Assembly (NCBI GenBank): GCA_028023455.1
Contig: JAQFVV010000004.1
Span: 17,174,001 to 17,238,000, forward strand
Length of the DNA: 64,000 bases
Direction of reading: 5' to 3'
Origin: Epiperipatus broadwayi
Taxonomy: Eukaryota > Animalia > Onychophora
Below the pieces are notes generated by a model, which did not search any database, was not told the origin of the DNA, and saw nothing but the letters and a program-made list of their open reading frames with translations. How positions within the stretch are numbered: position 1 is the first letter of the stretch; the number at the start of each line of letters is the position of its first letter. Of the stretch, positions 49,890 to 63,450 are shown piece by piece. The position numbers and the translations under genes were made by a program.

Positions 49890-50129
49890 CTTTATATGAA
49901 AAAAAAAAAAGTATTGGCATTTATCAATATTAATTCCTGAGTCACAAAATAATAAACACTTTATTTTGTATAGATATAAAAATTGTTTTACTGCAGTTCA
50001 TTAAGAAAGTAAATTCCTATATATAAATCAATAACTGAATGATTTAAAAAAAACTTTAAGGAGAAAATAATGTCAATCAATCGTTCATTGTGAGGAAGGT
50101 GTAAGCTTTTAAATAGAAGATTCCTTGTA

Positions 50130-50540
50130 AGTCACTTTTAAGCCACCCTAGTCAATACAATTGAATTTTTTTTTCCTCTTTCATTTTGCCATATTGTATA
50201 TCCCGTTCAACACTCTTCTTGGCTGACTTCAACAGTTTGTGTTAATGATCTTGACCACCTCTGTGGCTTTTCATGACCTTAGAATTCAATTTTCTTTCCA
50301 ATCAACTAATTACTTCTTTCCATTTTCACCCTCAAATGCTCCATTCATACAAAACCATTGACCAAACATAACTATATAATTCTCTTTTGTAATTCCAGAT
50401 CTAGAAATTTGGACATCAGTCTCAAAAGGCACATTTTAGCATTCTAGTCCTTCTGTTTTTTTCATATTCATGTTCTCCATAATCAACCAACAAAGGTATT
50501 CAAACAGGTCCATCTATTCACAATCTCATTTCTGAACTAA
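50130..50540 (-). mobile_element. Probable RTE LINE 3' remnant
   Basis: Heavily degraded; KSHRGGQDH*HKL resembles the KRxRGRP...W terminus, plus a WFCM/W.GHV-like segment. Confidence 0.4.
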
Positions 50541-51887
50541 TTGACAATACTGTGATTTTATAATATCATCATTTCATTTTTTGTCTTCTACATAATTTTA
50601 TGCATATTAAATTGAATAGTAACTTTATATATATATTTTTTATTACTATTGCCAATGTTTTAAGATTACTAGTAGTTAATATCTTATTATTCATTTATTT
50701 AATTGATTGGCTGATGAGACCATCCATATTCAAACCCAGCCTTGTTTTTTTAATTACCTTATTATATTCTGAATAAAAATTTTAAACTATCAAAGAGACA
50801 ATAAACAAATTTGTTTCATTTCTACTTTATATTGCTTGAAACAAGTCATTTTTTATTATGATTCTGGCATTATGGTTCTGTATAATGATGAAGAATAATT
50901 CAGTTGTCATGCATTGGGCAATTCATTTTTTTAAAATTGGAATAGCCTTTGTTAAGACATATATTCAAAGATTTTACAAGCAAATATGTAAGAATCTATT
51001 TCAAGTTTTTCATTTTTTCTTCCAAAACTTAATGTTCTAATGGCATTATTTATAGACATTTTCCTCTTAGAACTGAATTAAATTCTGTCCAAAAACTGCT
51101 TCACATCATGATTTTATTATCTGAAGTAAAACCTTAAAAATCTGAGAGATAACACTTACCATTCTATAAATATTACCATCAATCTCTTTATAATATATAA
51201 TTTTTAGCCATTGGGACTGATATGTGTACAGTATTATTCATATATTGTAATGGTACAAAGTTTAGGGGTGAACCTAGGGTAATGGAATCGTCATCATGAT
51301 CAACCCCAAGTCAATATACAAAATTTCAAATTAAATATCTAAGGAATGTGCATCAGAGATCAGCACAGAACTAACTATAAATAATTATGCTCACCAGCAT
51401 TACAGACAAGAATAATAATCATTCATCATATGACTGGATTTGAAGTGATTTACTATAGACAGATTATTCAAACAATAATTTGGATGCACAAACTTACGTG
51501 CTAATTCATAAGAATATAACAGTTAAAAAAAAATAATGCTGGGATACTAAAACATGCTGATCATCGTCAATGCTCTGACCACTTAGTACTATTAATGTAC
51601 TGGCCAACTAAAAGCTTAATTTCTAAATAAATAATTAAAATGAAATATTGTGCATGGACTTTAAAGAATATCCCTTTTGCATCATCATCTGGCATTAGAG
51701 AAATAATGAAATCATCATCAACTGGATGTCCATAACATTAAATATTAATTCTTTTTTTTATAACAATTCATGATTCACAAACCCAATTCAGAGAGCAAAA
51801 GCTCTATAACTGTTAATGTGATCAAGAGATATAATCCTAATATATAAGGTTCTATAACTATTTCAGATTGAATAAATTTACTGGAAT

Positions 51888-52029
51888 AACTTTAACAATG
51901 AAATAAATATTTATTAATAACCAGAAAATTAAGTTAAGATCTGTAGAATATGGCTATAAACTTTAACAATGAAATAAATATTTATTAATAACCAGAAAAT
52001 TAAGTTAAGATCTGTAGAATATGGCTATA
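51888..52029. repeat. Perfect tandem duplication, 2 x 71 bp
   Basis: aactttaacaatg...tggctata repeated exactly. Confidence 0.95.
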
Positions 52030-53799
52030 CATACAAATTAATCCTTCTGATTTTTATTAATACCAAAAATAAATCCATTATTACATTGTAATTTACAAAT
52101 AAGTTTCAATAGATTTACATAAAACAGATATATATACATAGGTTGTGAGGGCAGCTTACAAGCTTGACCAAACCAACTCATGGCAACTCATATCAATTGT
52201 ACCCATTCCAAATTTATGCTTAGCTTAAATAATAAGTTTTATTTGGTATACATATATTATACCAAATTATTTTACTATCTCAAAACATAAGTATATGTGG
52301 TTATGTGATATGTATATATTTTTTGCTTCAATAAATAATAAAACGATGAAATTGTGAGAAACTTTTTTTTTTTGGCCGTTTCGCATATATAAATAATGAG
52401 AGAAATCCCAATTAATAAAAACATACAAAATTAAACACTTAAAAAAAAAAAAATAGTACAAATATATATATCAACCAATAACAAACTTGTCTTTATTGTC
52501 TCATATGTCACTAGTTTAAACAGTACAATGACGTTGTTTGACATTTATTAATTATGATAATGAACTAAGATCAAAGCAGTCGCTATGTAGACAGGTATGA
52601 GAGTGAAATCATATTTTTATCACATGACTTAAATTGATGATCTAGATATAACATGCACAGCAATGAGTAACTATGGCAATAAAAAAAGGAAATGAAAATT
52701 TTAATATACTAGGCAACGGAAACCATGCTGGATATAAAAACGAAATTAATTTTTATACATCGTCTTTGCAAATTACATACATGCTACAGAAAGCCAACAT
52801 CTTCAGAAAAACGTTTCTGATGCTATAGAAAATGAATGTGCTGTTCCAGAGAACTGATGTTTTCAGATATATAATTTTAATATAAGACCGCAAAGTCAGA
52901 AATATTTGAAGCGAAGGAGAATAGAGAATTTCGTGTGACTGAATAAAATAGGGGAATTGTTTTGAACTGATGTTAAACAAAATAATTATAACAATTCTAC
53001 GAACACGAACTGAAAAATAAGAAAGATCACCAGCATTCGAAGTAGAACTATGAAATAATCTTTTATTGTATGTAAAATCTATAAAATGCTAACTGTAGTT
53101 GTTATAAATACGTTATATATAATTAATCACCACACAATGTTTTCTAGCTAAACTGCCGATGTCATAGGTGGATCGTTGTTTTCCCTGCCATGGGAGCATG
53201 AGGATTTCCTTTATCTACTCTTGAAATGCTGAAGAAACCTCTTGTCCCATATGAAGTGCTTATCTATGGATCCGCAGAAAGATGAGTGAGGACCAATGCA
53301 GAATTGTTCCAAGTGTACAATAGACAGATGGCAACAAGCGACCTGCACTTTGGTTAAGGAGAACTGTTTATAATGCATGAACTATATGTATATAAAGAAC
53401 TTTTGCCAGCTCATTAACTTTAATTAAATCGATTTAAAGGAATTCTGAATTTTTAATTACTTGTTTTAATTTTATGACTATTTTTGTAAATATTTTTTTT
53501 TTTACATTTCTTTTTTTTTTCCGTACTTGGAAACATAAAACTTTTGTGATATAGTTTTTGGGAGAGTTTATTTTTAAATAGAAGTTGGAAGTAGAGGGGG
53601 GGGTTTGTTAATTTTAGTTGAAATTTTCTTTTGTAAATAAAGTTTAGATTAGCCTTTCTCCATTCATAGTGATGACATGACACTTGATCATTAACCATAT
53701 GGTACTATGGTAAGATTTTATTATGATACCATATTAAATACACACATATAACAGGACAAACTTTATGTTGCTTGTTACATAATAATTAAGTCATTATAT

Positions 53800-54120
53800 T
53801 TTTTCTTTTGTGTAAATGACTAATCTCCTTAGGTGAATGATCTTTACTATCACATTAGGAATTGTTCATAGATTTTGAGAAGGGAGGTTCCAAGGAAATC
53901 AACCACAGACCATTGGATTTGGACTATGAGGCAAACGTAGACATAACAATGGAGAAATTTAACTTAGCTACTTAGATTGGCATTTATGCTAAATCAATCT
54001 TATGTTGTTTTTATTCTTATATGAACTTTGTAAATAACTGGTGTCATTAGCATCAATTTCAATCAAGGGGATTATGGGTAAAGCAACATAAATTGGTAAA
54101 TTTTACTGATATGATAGAAG
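53800..54120 (+). mobile_element. Probable LINE endonuclease remnant
   Basis: TIGFGL*GKRRHNNGEI resembles the APE IGxFGLGxRNxNGE motif. Confidence 0.4.
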
Positions 54121-55996
54121 TCCATTGTTGACATCCATAATTATACTTTTATATATATATTATTGAAACATTTTTGAGCTTATTTTGTTTTTTGTTCTCT
54201 AATAAATGTTAATGAATTTGTTAATCTCAGTATGGTCTCTAGTTTATTAAATCAACTTTGTATTCACTCATTAATCTACAACCTCAAACTTACATACACA
54301 CCATACTGTATAATAGATTTGAAAATTGTTTGGGTGATTGCTAAATACATCATACTAATTGCAATCTATATAGAGATATGGTAGTTGTCAGCTGGCTTTA
54401 GTGCATTCCTGTTAAGAGAGTCAAAGGTGAATTCATCCTGAGTTCAAATACTGTGGCATAACAGAACCAGAAAGGGGTGAGAGGTGGATGAACTAACTTA
54501 AATTGTATCTAAATGCAATAAATAGGTTTAGAGCTAATCAATTAAAGAAGGATAAATCATTGGTCACATATTTCATCGCTCCAGCATCCTATCTGAAGAC
54601 CAAAGTGTCCGTAGACAGATATGACCCCCTCTTCTTTTTTCCGGACCATTACAACTGGCATCCAACTTGTTGGTCATGAACTTAGATCGTTGTCATATCA
54701 TATCTGATAAAATCAATATAATGATCGATTGCAATTTTAAAACAAGTCATTGGGAATCTGATTATATACATAAACCCTACATTCTGTTACAAAGCACACA
54801 GACATGCGATAAAATAATTTATGAACATATTTGAATTGTCATAAACCTATAAATGAAATTCATTTTTATAATACATAATTAGTTACTGATTTAATATATG
54901 TTTGTGCTGATGGAAATGTGAGCACATTGATATTTGTTTCATATTTTTAATTTATCAAATTAATAAACTTATTAAAAATATTATATTTTTCACAATACCA
55001 TGTTGAAAATTACATTAAATTCACATGTATATGTGTATATATAACAAAATAGTATAAATCAAAGTTATTAATTCATTATTTCTAATGTTAAAAAAAAAAA
55101 GATTTTTTTTTAAGAAAAGAAAATTATTGTGAAATTCAGTTTGGAAAGTTTTCTTTTGATTAATTATAAACGTCTTAATTTAAAAAAAATACTCCAGCAA
55201 GTTTTTTTTTTTGTTCCCTAATCTAGAAAGATTTTTGGAGTTTACTTTTTTTTTTTCAAAATAAAATAGTCTATGAATCAATCCTTCCCTACCTTTAGAC
55301 CCTCAATTCAAGAAAAAAATATTTACTTGTTTTACTTTTAAACTAGAGATTCCAACTGTCATTTTAAATAAATTATTTAAAATAATATTGTTCTCAGTAT
55401 ATATAACATTGCCTACCAACTGTATTTTATATATATAATGCAGTACCTTTATCTATGCCTCTGCATGTAGATAAAGCAGTATTCATACAAAACTATTTCA
55501 GCAAGTTGATGGAGTCTGGATAAGCTGGTCCCTTTTACAACTAGACTGGCTTATGATCATCTTTGGGGAAGGTATAATCCAGGTAACTCTTGGCATTGAA
55601 TCACCTCCATTTAGTTTAGAATTTGATAGACTTCGGGTATACTGGCTAATATACAATATATATAGGCTAATGAACCACAGAAAAACTGGCCCTTGCTTTC
55701 ATGTGAATCCCAATTATCATTGTGAACTACCAGTGTTAGGATACACTGTCTCTTACCTTCAGTTATGTTTTCATAATAATTGTATAGCTAAAACTAAGAA
55801 CTCTCCTAATCTTTTTATTTTCAACTTTTTTATAGTCAGGATGGAAAAAAAAAACAGTAATTAAAAGCAAGTTTTCTTTATCTTCATTGAAAAAAGTTAA
55901 TGACTTTTCACTTTACTTTAATCCTTTAAAAAAGAACCTTCTAGCACCTTTATTAAAATATAAGTCAATTATTTTATATAGCGCGATGTTTTTTTT

Positions 55997-56228
55997 TTAT
56001 AACCTATAATATTTAAACAGCATTAAACTGTTGTACATGCACTTTGGATTTTAAATATAAAATGAATGAGTACTAACACTTCAACCACATGATAAAGTCT
56101 TTTTGGCCATTCTATCTTTTCCAAAGACTTTATCATGTGGTTGAATTGTTAGTACTCATTCATTTTATATTTAAAATCCAAAGCGCATGTGCAACAGTTT
56201 AATGCTGTTTACATATTATAGTTTATAA
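55997..56228. mobile_element. Fold-back hairpin element (MITE-like), ~108-bp arms, ~14-nt loop
   Basis: Near-perfect inverted repeat; a diverged partial relative is at about 13600-13700. Confidence 0.8.
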
Positions 56229-56599
56229 AATATGTTATGTAAGCTTTAATTAAAAAAGAATTTAATCTAAGCAAAATTGTGGAATTTTATAATTACCACT
56301 ATATCTGTTATAATATAAAACATGCTTGTTTTAATTTCAAAATCATAATTAATAAAATATTAATTACACTTTTTTAAATGGTTCATTTACAATAATTTTT
56401 TTTTTAATTTAAAATTATTTCATCTTTGACTGTATATAGATAATATCTGCAAAAATATTTTGTTTGTTTATTTCTACTTTTCCTTTCAACTTTATATATA
56501 TGTATGCATGCACACTACTATATTGTTATATGCTATGAGACAAAACCGTCTCATATATATATATATATGAGAATTGAAATACTTCTTAGTTTCTACCAT

Positions 56600-57900
56600 T
56601 CAAAAACCATCTCATCCCACGATTGAGTTGGATTGTAGTGTTTTATCAAATTCTTCCCTTATAATAGATAAAATCAGTGTTCCCATTCTAATTGTAATGG
56701 TGTTTTCAATCAAAAGGACTGGCTTTTTTTAGCCTTTCACAATACTCTTCTATCACTTAATGCATGTTGATCATGGACTGACTTATCATCCTAATTTTTT
56801 AAAATATCAGAGTGTATTCTTTTTACTTTTAACCGATTATAGCCAGATCCATTTTATTATTTTGATATAATTTTTTTTATTTCTAAACATTTGTCTTATC
56901 ATAACTCATTCTTAATTATCTTATAATCTCCATCTATCTCATTCTTGAGGTAAGTGTACCTATTCTTACTCATTTCATTATTTACATTTTTTTGTACTAT
57001 ATAATTTATCCATTTTCATCAGAATTTTTTCTGTAATCCATGGTTTTCCATTACTCTTCACTTTTTTGTCCAAAGATTATTCAGTAGCATTTAATATCAT
57101 TGTCATTATCTCCTAGTTATAATCAATGTCCTTTGGAGTTCAAAAGACTGCTTCAAATATCTAGTCATAATGTTCTTTAAACTTAAGTTCTAGTCTCCAT
57201 CATGAGACTCTCGAGCCTTTAATTTTTGTAAATCTCAATCTCACTTTCATCATAACCATGTTGTCATCAGAATCAATATTTCCGTTAGAAAAAGCAATCA
57301 CTTTCATCATCTTGTTTTGGTACAGTTGTTAACTGTAATGTAGTCAATTTGATAAGCCAGGTCACCAGGACTTTTCCAATTATATCTACATCTTAGTAAA
57401 GGCTCTTATCAAGTTTTAGCATTGCCCAAATTTTTTTTGCTTGCTGATTACCATGAATGCTTCTATTTTTTCACATCCCTTTTTTTTTTGACTTGCTCTT
57501 ACACTAACATACTAATCATCTATTATAATTACATTTTTCTTGAATTGCATTTAGAATTATTTCTAACTCATCATAAATCATTTACTTGTCACTATCTTTT
57601 GTTGTAATCATATATATGACCATCAAATTTATATCTGTTACTGATAAGTCCAAATCTATTGCTTATTGTTTGTATTCCAAGAAATAGTTTGACATAGGAA
57701 ACATTCATTACTAAGATTATACCTTCCGGCTTATTAATAGCCACTGAATACCCTACTCAATAGTTACTTCTTAAAAACTCATGCAGGTCTATCTATCAGA
57801 TACCCACAATATATTTATGTCCCCCCTATTTCTTGTTTTAAGCTTCCAATTTTCTCACTTTCAGTATTGTTTTTACATTGCTGTTTTAACATAGGGGTTT
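56600..57900 (-). mobile_element. RTE-type LINE endonuclease/linker remnant
   Basis: RYNWKSPGDLAYQIDYITVN and NIDSDDNMVMMKVRLRF at about 57240-57390; a purine-rich linker-like tract follows. Confidence 0.7.
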
Positions 57901-59049
57901 CACTCACTGATATCTGAGAAACTCTAGCTCTTTCTTTCTTTACTGTGTCCAATGCTATTTTCCAAATTGTGGAAGTCCCTTGATTTTCTAATCACGGATT
58001 AAAATTTTCAAATATCCAAACATCAAAAGAAATACTGGAGAAATTTGTTTTATTATCTGTAAAGACAAATGTAGACCATGCTAATGAAAATGCAAACATA
58101 AATACTTTAGAAATTGCTTCATATACTAGAAAGAGAAGTTACTTACTTAGGCATTGAGAAATTTATTTTATTTTTGTCATTTGTTCTTGCAGCCAATAAT
58201 CCAGATAGAGTTTCTGATATGGTTGTATTAATTGGACCAAAATTGTTTTGTTTTTTACTTAATTTCTTACAGAGCTGAAATTTATCATTATAAACTTTTA
58301 AGAATATAGTGGATGCTGCTTTTTGACACTTCTGTTTTTGTAGATAATCAGCCAATACTTTTGAAACTTTTTCAAGGAATAGAACTATCAGTCATCATCA
58401 GGTGATCTTCATATATTTCTGTGTGGTTTATTATCTGTGATAAAAACATTATTGCTGTAGTAAGTCTGCTAACATGATTGTTACTGGTTATAATCTGGAA
58501 GCCATTTGTCAAATTTGCAATGATTTCTCTTTGATTTTAATATCCTATGAATAGAATTATGTAGTTATTCTTCCTTATTCAGATATGATCTGTAAAAATT
58601 ACAATCATTTTATTATCTGGATTTATGGATTATTTGTAGTTAATTGTTTATATTTTATTATATTAATTCAAAGCCAAAAAATGTCTTTTTACAGGCTTTA
58701 TCCTTCATTTTAATTGCTACATAATAATAATTAACTATTTTATTAATAATTCTAATAAATAATGTGAAAGAAAAACCTACTCATCTTTTTTAATTAAATA
58801 ATCATCAGGTGAGACATTATGATTAAATTTAAAATTTATTAATAATTAGGAAATTGATCATTTTCTAATGTTAGCCTTTTGGAACATAAATATGGTCATA
58901 ATTTTTTTTAATGCATTCTTAATGTACGTTTGTTATTTAATTTTTTTTTGTTTTTGTTTGTTTTGCCTTATGAAGTTTTTTTATTGAATTATAATATTTT
59001 ACACTTATAAAAAAACCTAATTAAAGATTTACATATACATCTTTTTCAG

Positions 59050-59109
59050 GTTGTAATTAATCAGCTATATGCTACACCAAAGCTTGTTGTAGAAACTCAT
59101 CATAAGTAA
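59050..59109 (+). CDS. LYRM4: LYRM4 exon 3 (60 nt incl. TAA)
   Basis: VVINQLYATPKLVVETHHK* matches the ISD11 C-terminus (V-x-I-x-QLY...KL-x-x-E). Acceptor ctttttcag. Total CDS is 264 nt = 87 aa. Confidence 0.93.
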   Translation, partial: VVINQLYATPKLVVETHHK

Positions 59110-59144
59110 TGGAATTTGGTTAAAAAAAAAAGCAACTAAGTTTT

Positions 59145-59150
59145 AATAAA
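59145..59150 (+). promoter_or_regulatory. Candidate LYRM4 polyadenylation signal AATAAA
   Basis: First AATAAA, about 35 nt after the stop codon. Confidence 0.45.
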
Positions 59151-60599
59151 AGAAAACATTTTGTGGAAATATGGTGAGTTAAAAACTGAAAATTTTACAT
59201 TCATCAGTTTATAGATTGTTCTGAAATGTTAATTTGACATATGTAGATTAAGGAGGATTTAATGTGATAATTTTTACAAATTAGAAGCATTCAATTCTTT
59301 TTTATTTTAGTTTTGTTGTTTATTATTGACATCTAGAAGTGTTCCTTTGCTAATATATTAATTTACTCACAAGAGACATTTTGTCAACGGATAAAATATT
59401 ATAAAATAGGTTATAAATGGATTTGATTGCTGCTTTTAAGCAATTAGATTATTTGCTTCGTGATTATTTTAAAAATTATTTTCTAGATATGCATAATGGA
59501 TTATTTAAACAATGTTCGACATAAAAATATTCACTCTCTTATAGAAGTTATTAATCTAACACAATGTGAAATTTTAAAATGATTAAAACATTTGTGCTGC
59601 AGAAATCGTCAGTTTTATTTTCTTCTAATAAATCCACTGCAGAATGGTGATTTTTACATTATCATTCCAGAAAATTTTCTTACTTTACCCCTCCATTTTA
59701 CTTAATTTGACTCTTTTTAGATTTCTTACAATGTTATGGGATATTAATTTGTCTTTCTAGTGTAATCTCTTTTAATAACAAACAGGTCTACCATAACTCC
59801 ATTTCAACCTATTAATTTCTTTCAGTAGTATTATTGATAACTATTTGTTTTTTTCTTTTTTAATATATTTTTCTTGTTAATCTCAACATATATCTTTTTT
59901 ATTTCACTATATGGTTAACTGTTTGATATTGTTCATCTGTTAAATATCTTATATCTCAGATCTTCAAGAAATCATAAGTGAAACACATTAGAAACATTTT
60001 TTTTCCCCCAGCGCATGACATTTTTCCTTTTAAAATCATTATTTTTTTTTTATATAAAAAAGCATTCTCTCATTCATTATGTTTCTATCTGTATTAATAA
60101 ATTAACTTCGATATTGGTAGTTGTTAACTTATTTTAATTAAATTATATCAATCTTTATTTTTTTCATTTTAAAGGCCCTTGAACATTACCTTAGCTTTTT
60201 TTTAAAAAAATACTTATCTTTAATCCTAATTTTTAGTTTACATCTGATAATTTTCACAGCATTTCAATTCTGAAATACTATTTACAAAATCCAGATAATT
60301 AATTTTCTTTTTTTTTTTTTTAATCAATTAACAAACCATATCCTGTAAAACTGTTTTGAAAAGTTTTGCAGGAATAGAATCATTGTTATAAAAATTAATC
60401 TATCTGTTATAATGAAATCTAATCACCATTGTTACAGTATGATAAACATATTTTTAAATTTAATTAGGTATGACATGATATTTGAAACTTTAATTGCAGC
60501 AGAAATGTTTGAAATTGGCCTTTTCTTAATCTGTAAGTTCAGTGCAAAATGATAAGTCACACTCATTGATTCTTTTTATGATTTCTGTTAATAGTTTAA

Positions 60600-61900
60600 T
60601 GTGATCTATAGATAATCATTTTTAAATGTAATTTGTTTTTTGGTGATGAATCATATCTTATTAAAGGTTTTATATAGTCTCTCTATTTATTCACTTTCTT
60701 AAAACTATCTTTAATGATTTTCTCATTTTCTGGAGCTTTCATAGGTTTAATTGCATGTTTGCCGTCTCATTTAATTTACATAATATTTTAGAAGATGATA
60801 TTAAATTGTTGGGCAGTTGTTATTTTTTTATTCTTTAATACTATGTAGTTTTCTACAAAACTTTATGATGCTGTTTCTGTTTTTAATAAGAATTCCATCT
60901 TCTAATTACATAAATTATTTTTCTTCCAATATTATCTTTAATATTTTTATTTTCTTCTATTAGTTTTTTTTTTTTTGCCATTTCAGAGTTATATTTTTTT
61001 ATATCATTATTAAATAAGTCATTTAAATTTATATTTATGATCTTTATTATAATTTTTTTTTCATACATAACGCCTCTATAGAAAATTTATTGATGAATTG
61101 TTTCTGCTATTTGTATAGCAGTTCTTAGCAGAGTATTTATTATCTTTTATTGATTTCATTCAAGTCTGAGTCATATTCACAAAGTTGTTTTTTTTTTTTA
61201 TCTTCTTGTTTAGATTTATCAAGTATTTCTGAACATTAAGGATTTCAACTATTGATAGCATTTCCTCAATTGCTTCTATTCTTATCTGCATTATGACATA
61301 TCTAACATCTTACTAATTGACAATCATTTTCTGTGTTGAATCTATTAAATGCTTTATTTTTGAAGTATATGTTTTCTGTTAGATAATTAAACTATAATCC
61401 AAGAGTTGTTTTTTTTAATTTCAGTGTTTCCATATCAATTTTTTGATTACAATTCTTTTTTTGGACCAAAAAAAGAATTTTATATATCCATATTTCTCTC
61501 ATTCTGTTCCTATATCTACATTTATTCACTGCACTTTGATCTTCTAAATGTTTTTTAATTATAACATTAAAATCTCTATGCATATATATGAGTCCTATTG
61601 GTGTATAAACTTTATTTATTTGCATTTTTATTTTTCATTAAGTTAAATCACTAATCTTGGAGTTCTTGGGTATACTGTCAATCTATATAATATTGATCTT
61701 TTTTCTTTTATTTATTATGAACCTTTTGCAATTGTATTTCTAATATTTGTGTCTGTAGTAAAGAATATATCAATTTAGAAAATCGGTCATTTGTTTGTTT
61801 TTTTATTATATTTTTTCTTCTAAATCATAAACTTTGACAGTATTCTTAATACAACATTAGATAATGCTTTTTCTAATTTTTTTACTCTTTCTTCATTTGA
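60600..61900 (-). mobile_element. Probable very old LINE remnant
   Basis: VYTP...RDFNVII (APE VYAP/GDFN-like) and AIKPMKAPENE (KAPGxD-like); strong purine bias on the minus strand. Confidence 0.4.
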
Positions 61901-63149
61901 AAGTGACTTACAGTTGTAAGTGATTGTTTGAAAGCTCCTCATTTAAAGAGCACATAAGTCTAGTCTAAATCTTCTTAATACATTTGTCTTTTAAATTATC
62001 AAGTGTTGCTTTCACTTATGATTTATCAATTTTGGGTATATGAAGATCATAATATTTGTATGACAAGTATAAATAATAAAGGAAATTATCATTTACACAC
62101 AAGTATCCTATTTCTAGAGAAACCAATTAATATCTCAGGAACTATAAGATCATTGAGAATAAAAGGTTAATAAATTTACCTTTATGATTAATAAATGTTA
62201 CATAAGCATTCCATGCATATTTGTTTACAATGTGAATAATCATATAATAGTGGCTGCAATGACGAGAACATATGAGGGCATTAGCTAAGACTTGTTCAAT
62301 TCTTTTAAACATCAGAGAGAAATCTAAAATTTCTCTCTATCAAATTAATAATATGATGAAAGAAGGTAAAATTCAAGAACAAAAAGAATAATATCTAATG
62401 AAGAGATTGTTTTTAATTCACACACAAAGCAAAAGAAAATTGGGTGAAATTTCAGTGTTAAAATTTGTAATACATTCACCAAGTTGGTAATAAAATCGCT
62501 ATGAATTAAAAGAATCAGATTTTCTGACTATAGCTTACTTAAATTTGTGCACTAACTATAATTTTGATATGAATTCATTACAGGTATATTTAAAGATTTG
62601 GGAGTGAACAAGTAAAAATTATAACATAAAATTTTAAGGAATGATTATTTTAGGTTCTGAATCATGAATTCATAATGGTTCAGTAAGGTTTTTAATTTTT
62701 TTTATTTTTAAAAAAAGTTCTATTTTATTTATTGCAAATGTGAGTGGTGCATGTACAAAGAAATATATATTTTTCTTTTTTTAAAGTAAAGCACAGCTTA
62801 ATTATCTTTTTTCTTCAATAGTTCAGAAACTATTTAAATTAACATTAGAACAATTTATTTAACTTGAAAAATGCTTGAAAAGATTAAATATATTACTTGA
62901 ACCATAACTTCAATTTTATCTATTCCTTAAGATTAATCAAAATAGCATCAGTAGTGATAGAAGAAAGATGAAAAATATTTAAGCAGACATAGCAGGAAAG
63001 ATGATATGTCACTGAGCCCAGTTAAATTACATACAAATTGTGAAAATAGTTGGGTGCTTAATATCTGGAGAAATTATAATGACAGCATTCTGAATAAAAT
63101 ATTGTATTAATAAATACAAAAATATAAATAGAAACATTGAATATTGTAG

Positions 63150-63450
63150 AAAGGACATTTATAGTATTGTAAAGTCAGAAAAGATGTAGAAAGACCAGGT
63201 ATACTCAGATGTTTATCTCAAAGCCAGATTATTCCAAATATATGATCATACTTGATGAAATAAATATCATAGAAAGAACAAATATTTTTTACTAACTTGC
63301 AGTTTGGCTTAGATACAGGTGAATAATCAATAAATTTATTGTGTATTTGCAATTAGTTACAAGAAAAATTTATAACTTATTGAAATTTAGTTTGCAGCAA
63401 TTTCAACAAGCAATAGACCAATTTAGGAAAACTGAAAAAAAGAGAATACT
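63150..63450 (+). mobile_element. Probable LINE RT remnant
   Basis: RPGILRCLS and IFTNLQFGLDTG resemble YRPISL...QFGFR. Confidence 0.35.

Noticed and set aside
19957-52029. CRISPR-like or prokaryotic arrays
   Set aside because: All tandem repeats are simple two-copy duplications without unique spacers, and the context is a spliced eukaryotic locus.
53154-53356. Plus-strand frame with two in-frame TGA (selenoprotein or mitochondrial-code NUMT)
   Set aside because: No recognisable protein, no SECIS seen, and no mitochondrial gene similarity that I recognise.
54380-54460. A/B-box-like SINE (also 3830-3900)
   Set aside because: Boxes are degenerate and there is no second clear copy in the window.
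58143-58355. 70-aa minus ORF ending near a GTAAGT donor, as a nested-gene exon
   Set aside because: No recognisable homology, stops just upstream in frame, and no partner exons found; possibly transposase debris.
4498-61625. Remaining 60-110 aa ORF-track entries
   Set aside because: Low-complexity F/I/L/K/N-rich chance ORFs in AT-rich introns, or antisense and partial frames of the TEs listed.
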